This document shows, one piece after another, positions 41,230 through 55,387 of a stretch of DNA of 64,000 nucleotides; the stretch's first letter is position 1, and the number at the start of each line of letters is the position of its first letter. A model generated the notes under the pieces. That model ran no database searches. It saw only the letters and a program-made list of their open reading frames with translations, and had not been told where the DNA came from. Source of the DNA: an uncultured delta proteobacterium. Lineage in GTDB: Bacteria > Myxococcota_A > Polyangia > Polyangiales > Polyangiaceae. Both the position numbers and the translations under genes were made by a program. The stretch lies in NCBI GenBank assembly GCA_963806225.1, contig CAWDXG010000004.1, positions 928,001-992,000 on the forward strand. Direction: 5' to 3'.

Positions 41230-43024
41230 TTATGACACGCTGTCGCTCGCTCCGGAAGCGGCGACGGGCTCGGCGTCGAAGGAGCGTCCGAGCGCGTCGC
41301 GGAGCTCGCCGAGGCGCGCCAGCACGGCGGCCAGGCGCTCGGCATCGCGGTCGCACGCGGCCCTCTCGGCGTCGATGTCGGCAGCGCCGTCGGCCCGCTC
41401 CCGGCGAACCGCCTCGAGCACCTCGATGATCTCGCGATGCAGCTCCTGGCCCGCAGTCACCACCCAGGCGTCCAGCCGCTCGGCAAAACCGTCGACCATC
41501 TCGTCGATCTTCGGCGCCACCTTGGCCGCCGCGTCACGCAGCACGACGGGAGCGAGCTCGAGCGCCCGCTTGCGCACCTCGTGCTGCGCGCGGTCCTTGC
41601 TGTACAGGGCCAGCACCGGCGCGGCGACCAGCAGGATGCCGCCGAGCATCGCGTTCGCGAACAGCACGCCGAGCCCCACGCTCAGCACCGCGAACACGCC
41701 GACGTCGTAGGCGAAGGTGTCGACGTCGATCGACGGGCGTCGTGAGATCGCCGCCCATCGCCTCGCTCAGACGCTGCCCGGCGTCGTGCGCGTCGTCGCG
41801 CACCAGCGCGACCATGCGCTCGGCCAGCTGCTCGAGCGACTGGGCGATCTCGTCCGTCTCGGCCTTGGCCCAGTCGCGGAACGACTGCTCGAGGAACGCG
41901 CCCAGGTGCTGCTTCAGCTCGTCCGCCGAGGCGCGCTCGACGATGGCGGGCAGCTGCCGCACCACGTCGTCACAGAAACGGTCCAGATCGCGGCGCGCCC
42001 AGGCCTTGATGGCGCCGGACTCCTCGCGGATCGCCAGCCGCCGCTTCTCGATGGTGTCCGCGTGGCCCGCCAGGTCCCGCGCCAATAGTTCGATGCGACG
42101 CGGCGAGCTGCTTCAGCGCTCATGCGTGGCCGCGCGGCGCCGCGCGTCGATGCCGCGCCCGAGCACGCCGGCGGCGGCCGTGCCCTCGCCCAACGCGTTC
42201 TCGAGCACGATGCGGCCGCGCTCCTCGGCGAGAAAGCGCGTCAGATGCTCGACCAGAGCCGGCAGCCCGCTCTCCTGCGCGCGGCCGGCCAGCGCTGCCT
42301 GGGCGCTCAGTGCGAACACCGGCGGGTCCTCGACCAGCTCGCCGAGCTGGGCGCGGACGTACTGCACGGCCTCGCCCTGTTCCTCCGCCGACCAGATGTC
42401 CGTCTTCGCCACCACGAACACGACCTTGTCGCGGTTCTTTCCGATGATCTGTTTTTCGAGAAACTGCCGCTCGCTCTCCTTGACGGGCTGCCCGGCGTCG
42501 AGCACGAACAGCACCGCGTCGGAGCGCGGGATGTAGTCGTAGGTGATCTCGGCGCGCGTGAGCGACAGGTCGTTCACGCCGGGCGTGTCGACCAGCACGA
42601 CGCGTTCGCGCAGGAGCTCGGCCGGATAGCCCACCTCCAGGTAGCGCACCGGATCGCTGCGCCGTTCGCCCCCAACGGAGAAGCTCTTCACCGCGTCGAA
42701 AGGCAGCAGCTCCTCGTCGCCGGATTCCAGCACGGCCCGCGCGCGCGGCTCGTCGGCGTACACCAGATGGTGGATGACCGCCGTTGTGGGCGTTACGCCG
42801 ACGGGCAGCACCGGCTTGCCGAGCAGCGCGTTCACGAAGGTCGTCTTGCCGTGGTTGAACTCGCCAACCACGACCAGATGGAAGCGATCCGCTTCGAGCT
42901 TCTTCACGACTTCCGAATCGACACGCCCGGCCAGCGAGCGGGCGCCCACGCTTTTGGCGACCTCGCCAAGGCTCTTCAGCGCCTCGATCACCTCGAGCTT
43001 CCTCTCGCGGAACGCGTCGAGCAT
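41230..43024 (-). CDS. Bacterial dynamin-like GTPase with C-terminal hydrophobic hairpin (frameshifted)
   Basis: G1 VVGEFNHGKTT, G2 PTT, G3 DTPG and G4-like AKTD; helical stalk; hydrophobic VFAVLSVGLGVLFANAMLGGILLVAAPVL. Confidence 0.85.
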
Positions 43025-43052
43025 CTGTTCCTCCGTCTCCCGGGGGCTGGCG

Positions 43053-43946
43053 TCAGCCGAGCACCTTGATGATGTCGTGCACTTTCTCGTCGACTTCCTG
43101 CATGCTGAGCCCGTCGTCTCCGAGCCCCGCGCGATGCCGGTACAGCTCGCTGTCGCCGAACACGCGCAGCGCCAGCACGCGCTTGGGCAGCCACGGATGC
43201 GTCGAGAAGACCTCGCCGTAGCGGCCGATGCTCTCCTGCGCCTCCTGATGCTGCTCCAGGAACGCCTCGATGTTCAGCTGGTCGTACAGCTTCTGCGAGC
43301 CGAGCGCGAGCTTGGTCAGCGCGCGCAGAGCCACCTCCAGATCGCCGGTGCACAGCGCGCCGGCGCGGTCGCAGGTGATTTCCGCGCGGCGCGACCAGGC
43401 CCTGAGCGCGAGCAGTGCCGGCAGACCCACCGAGCGGACGAACAGCCCCGCCATGTGCGTGAGGTAGTGCAGCGCGGTCAGGTACACGACGTGGTTGTTG
43501 TGGATGTGCCCGCACTCGTGGCCGATGACGCTGGTGAGCTCCTCGTCGGAGAGGTGATCGACGAGCGCGGAGTTCACCATGATGAACGCGTCGTCGTTGG
43601 TGCCGTAGGTCGCGCCATTGAGGTACGGGTTGTTGACCACGTACAGCGTGGGCGTCGCGATGCCGAGCGTCTTCGCGCAGCCCTGGGCGATGGCGTGCAC
43701 TCGCGGGAACTGCCGCGGGCCGACTTTCACCGCGTGACCGAGCAACTCGGCCTTGCCCACGTTCTTGAACAGCCGGACGCCCGCCGCGACGGCGAGCTCT
43801 ACCGGCTTCATGCGCTGGAACGCGTCGCGCGTCGCGCGGTCGGACACGTAGGCATAGGCGTGGGTGTCGTCGTCCACCGCGCCCGGCTGCTGGGCCCGGC
43901 GCTGGCCCACGAAGCCCTCGAAATCCAGCTCTCCGACTCGCGCCAC
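43053..43946 (-). CDS. M48 family zinc metallopeptidase
   Basis: VIGHECGH (HExxH), WSRRAEITCDRAG and STHPWLPKR. Confidence 0.88.
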   Translation of the reverse strand: MARVGELDFEGFVGQRRAQQPGAVDDDTHAYAYVSDRATRDAFQRMKPVELAVAAGVRLFKNVGKAELLGHAVKVGPRQFPRVHAIAQGCAKTLGIATPTLYVVNNPYLNGATYGTNDDAFIMVNSALVDHLSDEELTSVIGHECGHIHNNHVVYLTALHYLTHMAGLFVRSVGLPALLALRAWSRRAEITCDRAGALCTGDLEVALRALTKLALGSQKLYDQLNIEAFLEQHQEAQESIGRYGEVFSTHPWLPKRVLALRVFGDSELYRHRAGLGDDGLSMQEVDEKVHDIIKVLG

Positions 43947-43987
43947 GGTGTTGTCCCTCGTGATCAGTATTCGCTAGCCCTGGGACG

Positions 43988-44947
43988 CTAGCGGCGCAAT
44001 CCCGCGACCGCATCGTCGATCGCGCCGCTTTCCAGCTCCGCGAGCCGCGCGAGGAAGCGCCGGTAGTCGCGCACGGGCGGCTTTCCCGCCGGCGCCCGCA
44101 TCGCGAAGTCGGTGATGCGCGTCGTCGCGAAGCGGAGACACGCGATGGCGCCTTCGACGCCCAGCGCGTCGAGCTCGCGGTCTTCGAGCGGGCGCACAGC
44201 GTGGTAGCGCGAGAGCAGAGCGCGACACAGCTCCAGCTCGAAGCGATCGGAAAAGCACCAGGCGAGCAACGTCACCATCACATCGTACGCAAACGCGCCG
44301 CGCGCAGCGCTCTCGAAGTCGATCAGCGCCAGGATGCGCCCCTCGGACCAGAGCACGTTGTCGCGGAACAGGTCGCCGTGGATCAGCCCCTGCGGCAGAT
44401 CCGGGTCGCGCAGCGGCGCGTAGTGCGCGAGCCGCTCGCGAATACGCGGAACGGCGACGGCAAGCTCGGCAGGCGCTTCCAGTTCGATGCGACCGAGACG
44501 CGCCTCGACGTCCGCAACGCGGAACCTGCCCTCGCCTGCCACCCGCACGCCGCTCGTGTGCACTTGCCCCAGCGCCGCACCGACCTTGCCTGCTGCGGCT
44601 GCGTCGACGCGCGCCTGGCAGAGCAGGCTGCCGTCGATCCAGGGGTAGATGGCCAGCGGTTTGCCAGCGTGCTCCGCGATGTAGCCGCCTTCGAGAAGCT
44701 CGATGGGCGATGGAGTCGGAACGCCCGCCAGGGCGAGCGCGTGCGAGAGCTGCGCCTCGGTCCAGGCTCCGCGCGCGTCCTGCTCCTCGTAGATCCGACC
44801 GAAGAAGGCGCGGCCGCCAGCGCTCGCCAGGCGGAAGTTCGAGTTCACCGAGCCCGCCGCCAGCGCTTCGACCTCTGCAATCTCGAGCCCATAGGCCGCC
44901 CCGATGCGCCGGGCGTCGTCGAGCGAGAGCGGGGTGAGGCGGGCCAT
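43988..44947 (-). CDS. thrB: Homoserine kinase, type II (APH/ChoK fold)
   Basis: Motifs GSVNSNF, LPQGLIHGDLFRDNVL, LIDF and LRFATTR. Confidence 0.85.
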   Translation of the reverse strand: MARLTPLSLDDARRIGAAYGLEIAEVEALAAGSVNSNFRLASAGGRAFFGRIYEEQDARGAWTEAQLSHALALAGVPTPSPIELLEGGYIAEHAGKPLAIYPWIDGSLLCQARVDAAAAGKVGAALGQVHTSGVRVAGEGRFRVADVEARLGRIELEAPAELAVAVPRIRERLAHYAPLRDPDLPQGLIHGDLFRDNVLWSEGRILALIDFESAARGAFAYDVMVTLLAWCFSDRFELELCRALLSRYHAVRPLEDRELDALGVEGAIACLRFATTRITDFAMRAPAGKPPVRDYRRFLARLAELESGAIDDAVAGLRR

Positions 44948-45219
44948 CGCGGGCACTATGCCACCACGGCTGGCAGACTACGAGACCGCGTGGAGGCTCC
45001 CCGGCCGTGATCGGTTCTCGTCCGGGCGAGTTCGTTCATGCGACGGGCAGCGACCGCACGCCGACGCCAGCGATGGACCGTCGGTGCGCGACTCCGGCTC
45101 CAACATGACGTCCCCGCGCCGCAGCTGACCCCCGCGATCGACCTCCGGACGTGTTCCCCCCACCTTGTCCGCGCCCCGGACCGGCGCTACATTTCCGGCT
45201 GGCCGCGTCGCGCCACCGA

Positions 45220-46925
<1,706 letters not shown>

Positions 46926-46954
46926 GGCGTGCAGGCCGGGCCTCGCGCCCGCCG

Positions 46955-48010
46955 TCAGACGCGCACGATCGCGCTGCCCCAGTGCAGCCCGGCGCCCAAC
47001 GCGAGGAAGCAGACCAGCTGCCCGTCCTGCAGGCGGCCGTCGCGCCGCATTTCGTCGACCAGGATGGGAATCGTAGCTGCGGAGGTGTTGCCGTAGCGGG
47101 CGATATTGGACGGGACCTTCTCCGTCGGCACGCCGAGTTTCTCGCGTACCGCGTCGTTGATGCGATCGTTGGCCTGGTGCGCGATGAACCAGTCGATCTG
47201 CTCCAGCTTCACCTTGGCCGACGCGCAGGCGGCACGCACCGAGCGCGGCAGCTTGGTCACGGCGTGCTTGAACACCTCGCGACCGATCATCGCCGGGATC
47301 ATCGTGTCGTCGTCGACCGTCTGCTGCGAAATGAAGGGCCGCTGGCGGAAGCCCGCCGGGATCAACAGCTTGTCGGCGTGGCGCCCGTCGCTGTGCAGAT
47401 CCACCGACAGCACGCCGGTGTCTTCCCGCTCGCTCCGTTCCACCACGAGCGCGCCGGCGCCGTCGCCGAAGATGATGGCCAGGCTGCGGTGGTCGGTCGC
47501 GCGCTGCCAGTCCTCCGGGCTGGGACGGCGATCGGTCGTGCCTTCGAGGATGTCCCAGTCGCGCCACGGCATGAAGCCGGCATGCGCTTCCGAGCCCACG
47601 ATCAGGATCGTGCGCGCCGCCCCGCTCTTCAGGAGCGAGTCCGCCACCTGCAGGCTGAAGATCATCGCCGCGCACTGGGTCCGGAGATCCAGCGCGGGCA
47701 CCCCCACGCAGCCGAGCTCGGCCCCCAGCAGCGTCCCCGACCCCGGGAACATGTGATCCGGAGTCATGGTGTTGAACAGGATGTAGTCGACATCCTCCGG
47801 CGCGCGGCCGGCCGCCTCCAGCGCGATGCGCGCCGCGGGCAACGCCAGGTCCGACACGCCCTGGCCCTCCGGACAGAAGTGGCGCTGGGCGATCCCCGTG
47901 CGCTGGCGGATCCAGGCGTCGTTGGTATCCATGACCCGCGCGAGATCATGGTTCGTGTAGGGGCGGCCGGGCAGGTACCGCCCGGAGCCGATGATGCCAA
48001 GACCCGACAT
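46955..48010 (-). CDS. fabH: 3-oxoacyl-ACP synthase III family protein
   Basis: WIRQRTGI, catalytic Cys (TQCAA), FGDGAGA, HQAN and YGNTSAA. Confidence 0.9.
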   Translation of the reverse strand: MSGLGIIGSGRYLPGRPYTNHDLARVMDTNDAWIRQRTGIAQRHFCPEGQGVSDLALPAARIALEAAGRAPEDVDYILFNTMTPDHMFPGSGTLLGAELGCVGVPALDLRTQCAAMIFSLQVADSLLKSGAARTILIVGSEAHAGFMPWRDWDILEGTTDRRPSPEDWQRATDHRSLAIIFGDGAGALVVERSEREDTGVLSVDLHSDGRHADKLLIPAGFRQRPFISQQTVDDDTMIPAMIGREVFKHAVTKLPRSVRAACASAKVKLEQIDWFIAHQANDRINDAVREKLGVPTEKVPSNIARYGNTSAATIPILVDEMRRDGRLQDGQLVCFLALGAGLHWGSAIVRV

Positions 48011-48090
48011 ATGGACTCCCCTCTACCGAGGGCGTGAAGAATGACGGGCACCGCTCTAGCCGAGCGGAAGCGGTTCGTCACGCGGGCTTT

Positions 48091-48115
48091 TGGTTCAACC
48101 ACTGTGGTTGAACCA
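48091..48115. promoter_or_regulatory. Palindrome of two TGGT-N3-ACCA sites (FadR/GntR-type operator candidate) upstream of fabH
   Basis: TGGTTCAACCA-CTG-TGGTTGAACCA: 12-bp perfect arms, each half self-palindromic, about 80 bp upstream of the fabH start. Confidence 0.55.
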
Positions 48116-48134
48116 CTGGCGAACGGGCCGATCG

Positions 48135-49962
<1,828 letters not shown>

Positions 49963-50065
49963 GTGGGGGGCGAGGGGCTAGCGTGGCGGGGACTTTCGCG
50001 CAAGTGCGGGCGCCTTTTCTTGAAGAAGCACGCAACCGGCGCCGGGCGCGCCCGAACAGGCAGGC

Positions 50066-50461
50066 ATGCGTCAGCCCGCCCTCCGGTGGTCCCTCGCGTT
50101 CATCGCCTGCCTCCTGTCGCCCATGCTGGGCGGCTGCTCCGGACCCCTATCTCCAGCGATGAACGAGTTCGAGCAGGCCCGCTACCCGGAGGCCGTGCGA
50201 CAGTTCCGGCGCGTCGAGCCGGACTTTCCCGGGTGGAGCGCGCGGCGCCGCGCGCGCTACGCGCTCTACCGCGGGCTGACGCACCTTTCACTCGGTGAAG
50301 CCCGCGCCGCCGACTACTGGCTGGGCTACGCCAAGGCCCTGTGGGAGCGCGATCCCTCGCTGCTCGACGAAGCCGACCAGGGCCGGCTCTCGTCGGCGTG
50401 GCGCAGCATGGGCCACATGGACGGCGAGGACTCGGTGCGACTGGTCGCGCGTCGGCGCTGA
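50066..50461 (+). CDS. Hypothetical TPR-like lipoprotein
   Basis: Lipobox LGGC; helical segment YALYRGLTHLSLG...WLGYAK. Confidence 0.65.
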   Translation: MRQPALRWSLAFIACLLSPMLGGCSGPLSPAMNEFEQARYPEAVRQFRRVEPDFPGWSARRRARYALYRGLTHLSLGEARAADYWLGYAKALWERDPSLLDEADQGRLSSAWRSMGHMDGEDSVRLVARRR

Positions 50462-50495
50462 GCGGGGCGGCGCTTCCGGACGGCGCCGGCGCCGG

Positions 50496-50948
50496 CTACT
50501 TCAGCGCTTCCGGCACGCGCCGCAGCGCGCTGTGAACGGCCGCGTTCATGGCGTCGATCTCCGCCTCGCGCGTGCGACGGGCGCCATCCACGGCTTTCGC
50601 ACGGCCATGCAGGATCGCGTGCAGCTCGCCGCCGCGCGCGCGGCGCAGAGTCGCAGACACGACGCAGGTAGCTTCGGCGCCGTCGTCATGCCTGGCCGCG
50701 TGCAGGCGAACCAGCGCCGCCGAGAGCACGAAGCGCTCCCGGGTCCGCGCCTTGCCGAAGTCGATGCGCAACAGCTCGCGCTTCACGGCCGCGCGGAACA
50801 GCGGCACGAACGACCTGCCCGGCGCGTGCGCCGTTACCTCGCCTAGCGAGACCGGGCGCTGCCCGCCGTCCGCCGGCGCCGCCATCAGCAGCGTCGAAAC
50901 AAACAGCACCGCTCCCAGAACAGATCCCGCACGTCGAGGCCCACGCAT
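50496..50948 (-). CDS. Hypothetical secreted protein
   Basis: Signal-peptide-like N-terminus; 150-aa ORF. Confidence 0.55.
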   Translation of the reverse strand: MRGPRRAGSVLGAVLFVSTLLMAAPADGGQRPVSLGEVTAHAPGRSFVPLFRAAVKRELLRIDFGKARTRERFVLSAALVRLHAARHDDGAEATCVVSATLRRARGGELHAILHGRAKAVDGARRTREAEIDAMNAAVHSALRRVPEALK

Positions 50949-51123
50949 GCTCGCGCTCCCTTCGCAAAGACACCACGACCGCCCCGTCCCGCGGCAACCT
51001 GTCGGGGCTCTTCGGAGCAGTCGTCTTGTCGGGTATCAGGACGGAGCCGACGGGGCCAAGTTCATCGCGGCGCGGATGCGTGCACCAGCTCGATCCGCTG
51101 CCCGACGTGCCGGCTCGCGCCGC

Positions 51124-51615
51124 CTACCGGTGCCCCACGATCCGGTCGAGATCGATGGTCTCGTCCCAGGCCGTCTCGTAGCCGTTGTAGTGGACGCGGA
51201 AGCGAGTGGGGCTGATGACTTCGATGATGGTGGCCTTGTAGTTGGAGCCGCGCCAGGAGACGTGAACGCGATCGCCGACCTTGTAGGCGCTCACCGGCTC
51301 GGCGGAGCTCGACGCCTTCGGGTTGATGCCGGCGGCGCGGGCCACGTTCGCGGGAGGCGGCGGCGGCGTCACGTGTCCCTGCACCCGACCCTTGATGCGG
51401 TCGAGGCTGACGTCGCCGTCCCAGCGCGCATCGTAGCCGTCGAAGTGGACGCGATAGCGCGTGCGGCCCTTCTTTTCGATGATGTAGGCGGGGTAGTCCC
51501 TGCCATCCCACTCCACCATCACGTGCTCGCCGACGCGGTACGGCTTCTTGCAGCCGGTCAGCACGAGCGCCGACAGCAACAGAGCCACCAGAAGCGCGCG
51601 CTGGAGTGCGCTCAC
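51124..51615 (-). CDS. Lipoprotein with two Tudor/Agenet (chromo-barrel-like) domains
   Basis: GTG overlaps the patatin stop. Lipobox LTGC-KK. Two repeats Y(R/K)VG.(H/R)V.V.W.G..Y.A.IIE......(Y/F)RVH(F/Y).GY...WD..(V/I).LDRI. Confidence 0.8.
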   Translation of the reverse strand: MSALQRALLVALLLSALVLTGCKKPYRVGEHVMVEWDGRDYPAYIIEKKGRTRYRVHFDGYDARWDGDVSLDRIKGRVQGHVTPPPPPANVARAAGINPKASSSAEPVSAYKVGDRVHVSWRGSNYKATIIEVISPTRFRVHYNGYETAWDETIDLDRIVGHR

Positions 51616-52687
51616 GTCGTCTCCCGCGTGCGCCAGCCCGCGTGCGAAAACGCCGGCGAACCCGCCTCGAACCACTTCGACATGCGCGCGCGCGTGGTGC
51701 GGTAGGCGTATTCGAGGATGTTGCGCCGCGCCGCGAAGCTCGCCGGATTGTACATGAACAGGATGCCGTCGGTGGGCTCGGGCTCGAGCAGCACGACGTC
51801 TGACCTTGCCCTCGGCCTCCAGCCGGGCGCACGCCTCCTGCACCAGCTTGTGCATGCCGATGCGCAGCGCCTGGTTCATCACCCACATGAGGCCCTTGTC
51901 GCGCACGCTCGTGCGGCGGCCGTGTCCGGTGGGCACGCTGTCGACCGCGACCGGCACCATCGGGTTGACGACCACGATCACGTCCGCGCCCAGCCGTGCC
52001 GCCACGTCGAGATGCCCGATCTGCGCTGCGCCGGCGTCGATGTAGTGGCGATCGCCGATGCGGATCGGCGAGAAGAAGGGCGGAAACGCCATCGACGCGG
52101 TGCAGGCCCGCGCCACCGGCACGTGATCGAAACCGGGGTCGCCGAACACCGCCATCTCGCCCGAGTCGAGATCGTGCGCCACCACTCGCAGCTCCCGCGG
52201 CATGCCGTGGAAGCTGTTCGGGATGCCGCGCCGGACGAAGAAGTCCTCGAGGAAGCGCTCGTAGCCGTCGAGTGAGAACACGCCAGCGGGCAGCGAGTCG
52301 TTCAGGCGATCCAGCTCCTCCCACAGCGCGGCCGGCGATGGGCCGGGCCGCCGCGACACGAGGCTCGCGGTTCCGTGCCTCAGCGCGCCGGCGGCGCTGA
52401 CCAGGGTGCGGCGCCATTCGTTGAAATCCATCCGCAGCAGATGCTTGCGTTCCAGCGGGAAGTACACATCCGCCGGATCGAGGAAAGCGCGATAGATACG
52501 CTGGACCGGGCGCCCGCCAGCGAGCGTCGCCGCGACGCTCGCGCCGCTGGAGGTGCCGACGTACAGCGTCGAACTCGTGCGCCCAGAGACCCTCGACGGA
52601 GTCCTCGAGCGCGGCCAGCGCGCCGATCTGGTACATCGCGCCGGTGGCGCCGCCACCCGGCAGGCACAGGGCTACCCGCGGTTTCAT
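51612..52687 (-). CDS. Patatin-like phospholipase (frameshifted)
   Basis: GGGATG oxyanion motif, GTSSG nucleophile elbow and YIDAG catalytic Asp motif. Confidence 0.87.
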
Positions 52688-53502
52688 GTCGCGTCCTCCA
52701 TCCGGGCCTGCTCGGCTTCCGGGCTGCGCGCTGCAACGACCTGCACGGCGTACAGGAGGGCAAGCGTGGCTCCCCAGCCGGCCAGCGCCAGGCCGGGCCC
52801 GATGTGCATGGGGCGGGTCACGGTGGACACGCCCGTCAGGATGCCAACGATGGTCACGGTATTGAAGCCCACGTGCAGCGCCAGGCACGGCAGGAGCGAG
52901 CCGCCGACCGCACGCAGGTAGCCCAGCGCGAACGCCACGACGAGCAGCGGCACCCAGTTCCGCCACTCCAGATGCGACAGCGCGAAGGCCAGCGACGAGA
53001 CCATGACTGCACCGGCCACGCTCCGTGCCCGGCGGACTCCGCCGAAGAGCGCACCGCGGAAGAACAGCTCTTCCACCAGCGGACCCACGCAGCCCACCAC
53101 CACGAGCAGCGCAATGGCCTGCCCCACGCTTTCGCCGCGGAACAGCAGCGAGCGCGAGAGCAGCTCGGCGTTCGACATGGGAAATGCGCGCAGCACCAGC
53201 TGCTCCAGCGACTGCGCGGGCAGCTGCAGCGTGATGCCCAGGGCCAGGCCGAAGACGCCCAGCGCAGGATGTGTGGGCCTGAGGCCCAGCGCCTGGCGCG
53301 CGCCACGGCCCCTGGCGTACACGCTGAGCACACCGAAGGTTCCCAGCACGAACACCAGCGCTTCCACGGCTCCCAGATTGACGATGTCGGTGCGCGCCGC
53401 CGGGCGCAGCGCCACGATGCCGTGCGTCAGCAGGATCAGGAGCGCTGCCGCGGCCGCCGCCCAGCCGACGGCGCCCCCGTAGCTCATGGGGCGCTCGTCC
53501 AT
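52684..53502 (-). CDS. CPBP/Abi (CAAX-like) intramembrane glutamic protease
   Basis: PLVEELFFRG, FALSH and ALHVGFN motifs in a polytopic protein. Confidence 0.9.
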   Translation of the reverse strand: MDERPMSYGGAVGWAAAAAALLILLTHGIVALRPAARTDIVNLGAVEALVFVLGTFGVLSVYARGRGARQALGLRPTHPALGVFGLALGITLQLPAQSLEQLVLRAFPMSNAELLSRSLLFRGESVGQAIALLVVVGCVGPLVEELFFRGALFGGVRRARSVAGAVMVSSLAFALSHLEWRNWVPLLVVAFALGYLRAVGGSLLPCLALHVGFNTVTIVGILTGVSTVTRPMHIGPGLALAGWGATLALLYAVQVVAARSPEAEQARMEDAT

Positions 53503-55110
53503 CACCGCCCGCGCAGATGCGGCATCACGCCGCGCTTCTCTACCGTGTCGTCCAGCAGATCGTCCCGTGTCTCGGGGTAGTCGATGGTGTAGTGCAGGCC
53601 GCGGCTCTCGTGACGGCTCGCAGCCGACGAGATGATGAGCTGCGCCACGGTGGCGATGTTGCGGAGCTCGAGCAGATCCCGGGTGACGAGGTGTTTCCAG
53701 TAGTACTCGCGGATCTCTTCCTCCAGCAGCGCCACGCGGCGGGCCGCACGCCGGAGCCGCGCGTTGCTGCGCACGATGCCGACGTAGTTCCACATCAGCC
53801 GCCGTAGCTCGTCCCAGTTGTGCGACACCACGACCGCCTCGTCGCTGGCCACCGCGGAACCGATCTGCCAGTCGGGCACCTCGGGCCGCGGGGCGGTGCG
53901 GAGCTCGGCGATCTGCGTCTTCAGCTTGTCGGCGGCGCGCCGGCCGAACACCAGCCCTTCGAGCAGCGAGTTAGAAGCCAGGCGGTTGGCGCCGTGGAGC
54001 CCGGTGCAGGAGGTCTCGCCGATCACCCACAGGCCGGGCAGCGAGGTGCGGCCATGCAGATCGGACGTGACGCCCCCGCACATGTAGTGGGCCGCCGGCA
54101 CCACCGGCAAGCGGCTCCTCCGTCATGTCGATGCCGTAGCCGAGGCACTCGGCGTGGATGTTCGGGAAGCGATCCTTGACGAAGGCGGCGGGCTTTCCCG
54201 TGATGTCGAGCAGCACGTACTCGGAGCCGGTGCGCTTCATCTCGAAATCGATAGCGCGGGCCACCACGTCACGCGGCGCCAGATCCGCCATCGGATGATG
54301 GCGCTTCATGAACGCGTCCCCGTCGGGAAGACGGAGCACCGCGCCTTCGCCGCGCAGCGCCTCGCTGATGAGGAAGCTCTTCGCCTTCGGGTTGTAGAGC
54401 ACCGTCGGGTGGAACTGGTAGAACTCCATGTTCGCGATCTCGGCGCCTGCGCGATACGCCATCGCAACGCCGTCGCCCGTCGCCACGTCGGGATTCGACG
54501 TGTACAGGTAGACCTTGCCGGCGCCGCCGGTGGCCAGCACCGTGGCGTGGGAGAGCACCGTCTCGACGGTGCCGTGCTTCTCGTCCAGCACGTACGCGCC
54601 CACGCACTGGTCCGGTCCGCCGAACTTGCTGAGCGTGATGAGATCGATGCCCATGTGCCACTCGAGCAGACGGATGTTCGGCGACGCCTTCACGGCCTCG
54701 AGCAGGGCCCGCTCGATCTCGCGCCCGGTGATGTCGCCCGCGTGAGCGACGCGACGTGCGGTGTGGCCGCCTTCGCGTCCCAGGTCGAGCTCGCCCTGCT
54801 CGTTCCTGGAAAACTCGGTTCCGAGCTCCATCAACCAGCGGATGTTGTCCGGTCCTTCGCGCACGCACAGCTCGACGACTACGTCGTGGCAGAGCCCGGC
54901 ACCCGCCGAGAGCGTGTCGGCGATGTGGCGTTCGAACGAGTCCTCGGGAGACAGCACCGCCGCGACGCCGCCCTGCGCCCAGGCGGTGGCCGAGTCGTCG
55001 CGCTCACGTTTGGTGACAATCGTGACGTCGCCGTGGCGTGCCGCGCGCAGAGCAAAGGACAGTCCGGCGATTCCGCTGCCGAGGACCAGGAAGTCGGTCT
55101 GGAGGGGCAT
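53502..55110 (-). CDS. nadB: L-aspartate oxidase (frameshift near 54110)
   Basis: Motifs GSGIAG, WAQGGVA, REGGH, QFHPT, LISEALRGEG, PAAHYMCGG, GLHGANRLASNSLLE and ESRGLHY. Confidence 0.95.
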
Positions 55111-55387
55111 GGGTGTTGGCGTTTTGTAGCGCAGCTTGTGCCCGGCCCGGAAATGACCTGGGCCGGCGCCGCCGCATCCCGGGGATGTAGCGGGAGTCCG
55201 GGTCGGCCTGCGCAGAAGCTTGGGCCGACAGCTGTCAGGCGCCACATTGACGCAGCGTTCCAAAGAAGCTAGTTGTCCCGCGCTACCGTCCTATCCGTGC
55301 TCCGGCCATAAGGCCGGCGATGCCGTGAAGCCCTCGCGGGCTGCGCGCGAGCCACGGTTGGGAAACACCTCATCAGGAGGATTTGCC

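Noticed and set aside
51124..52656. Patatin-Tudor fusion protein (510-aa ORF in the track)
   Set aside because: Produced by a frameshift near 51800. The patatin C-terminus is in ORF 51612..51794, and the Tudor gene has its own GTG, signal peptide and lipobox.
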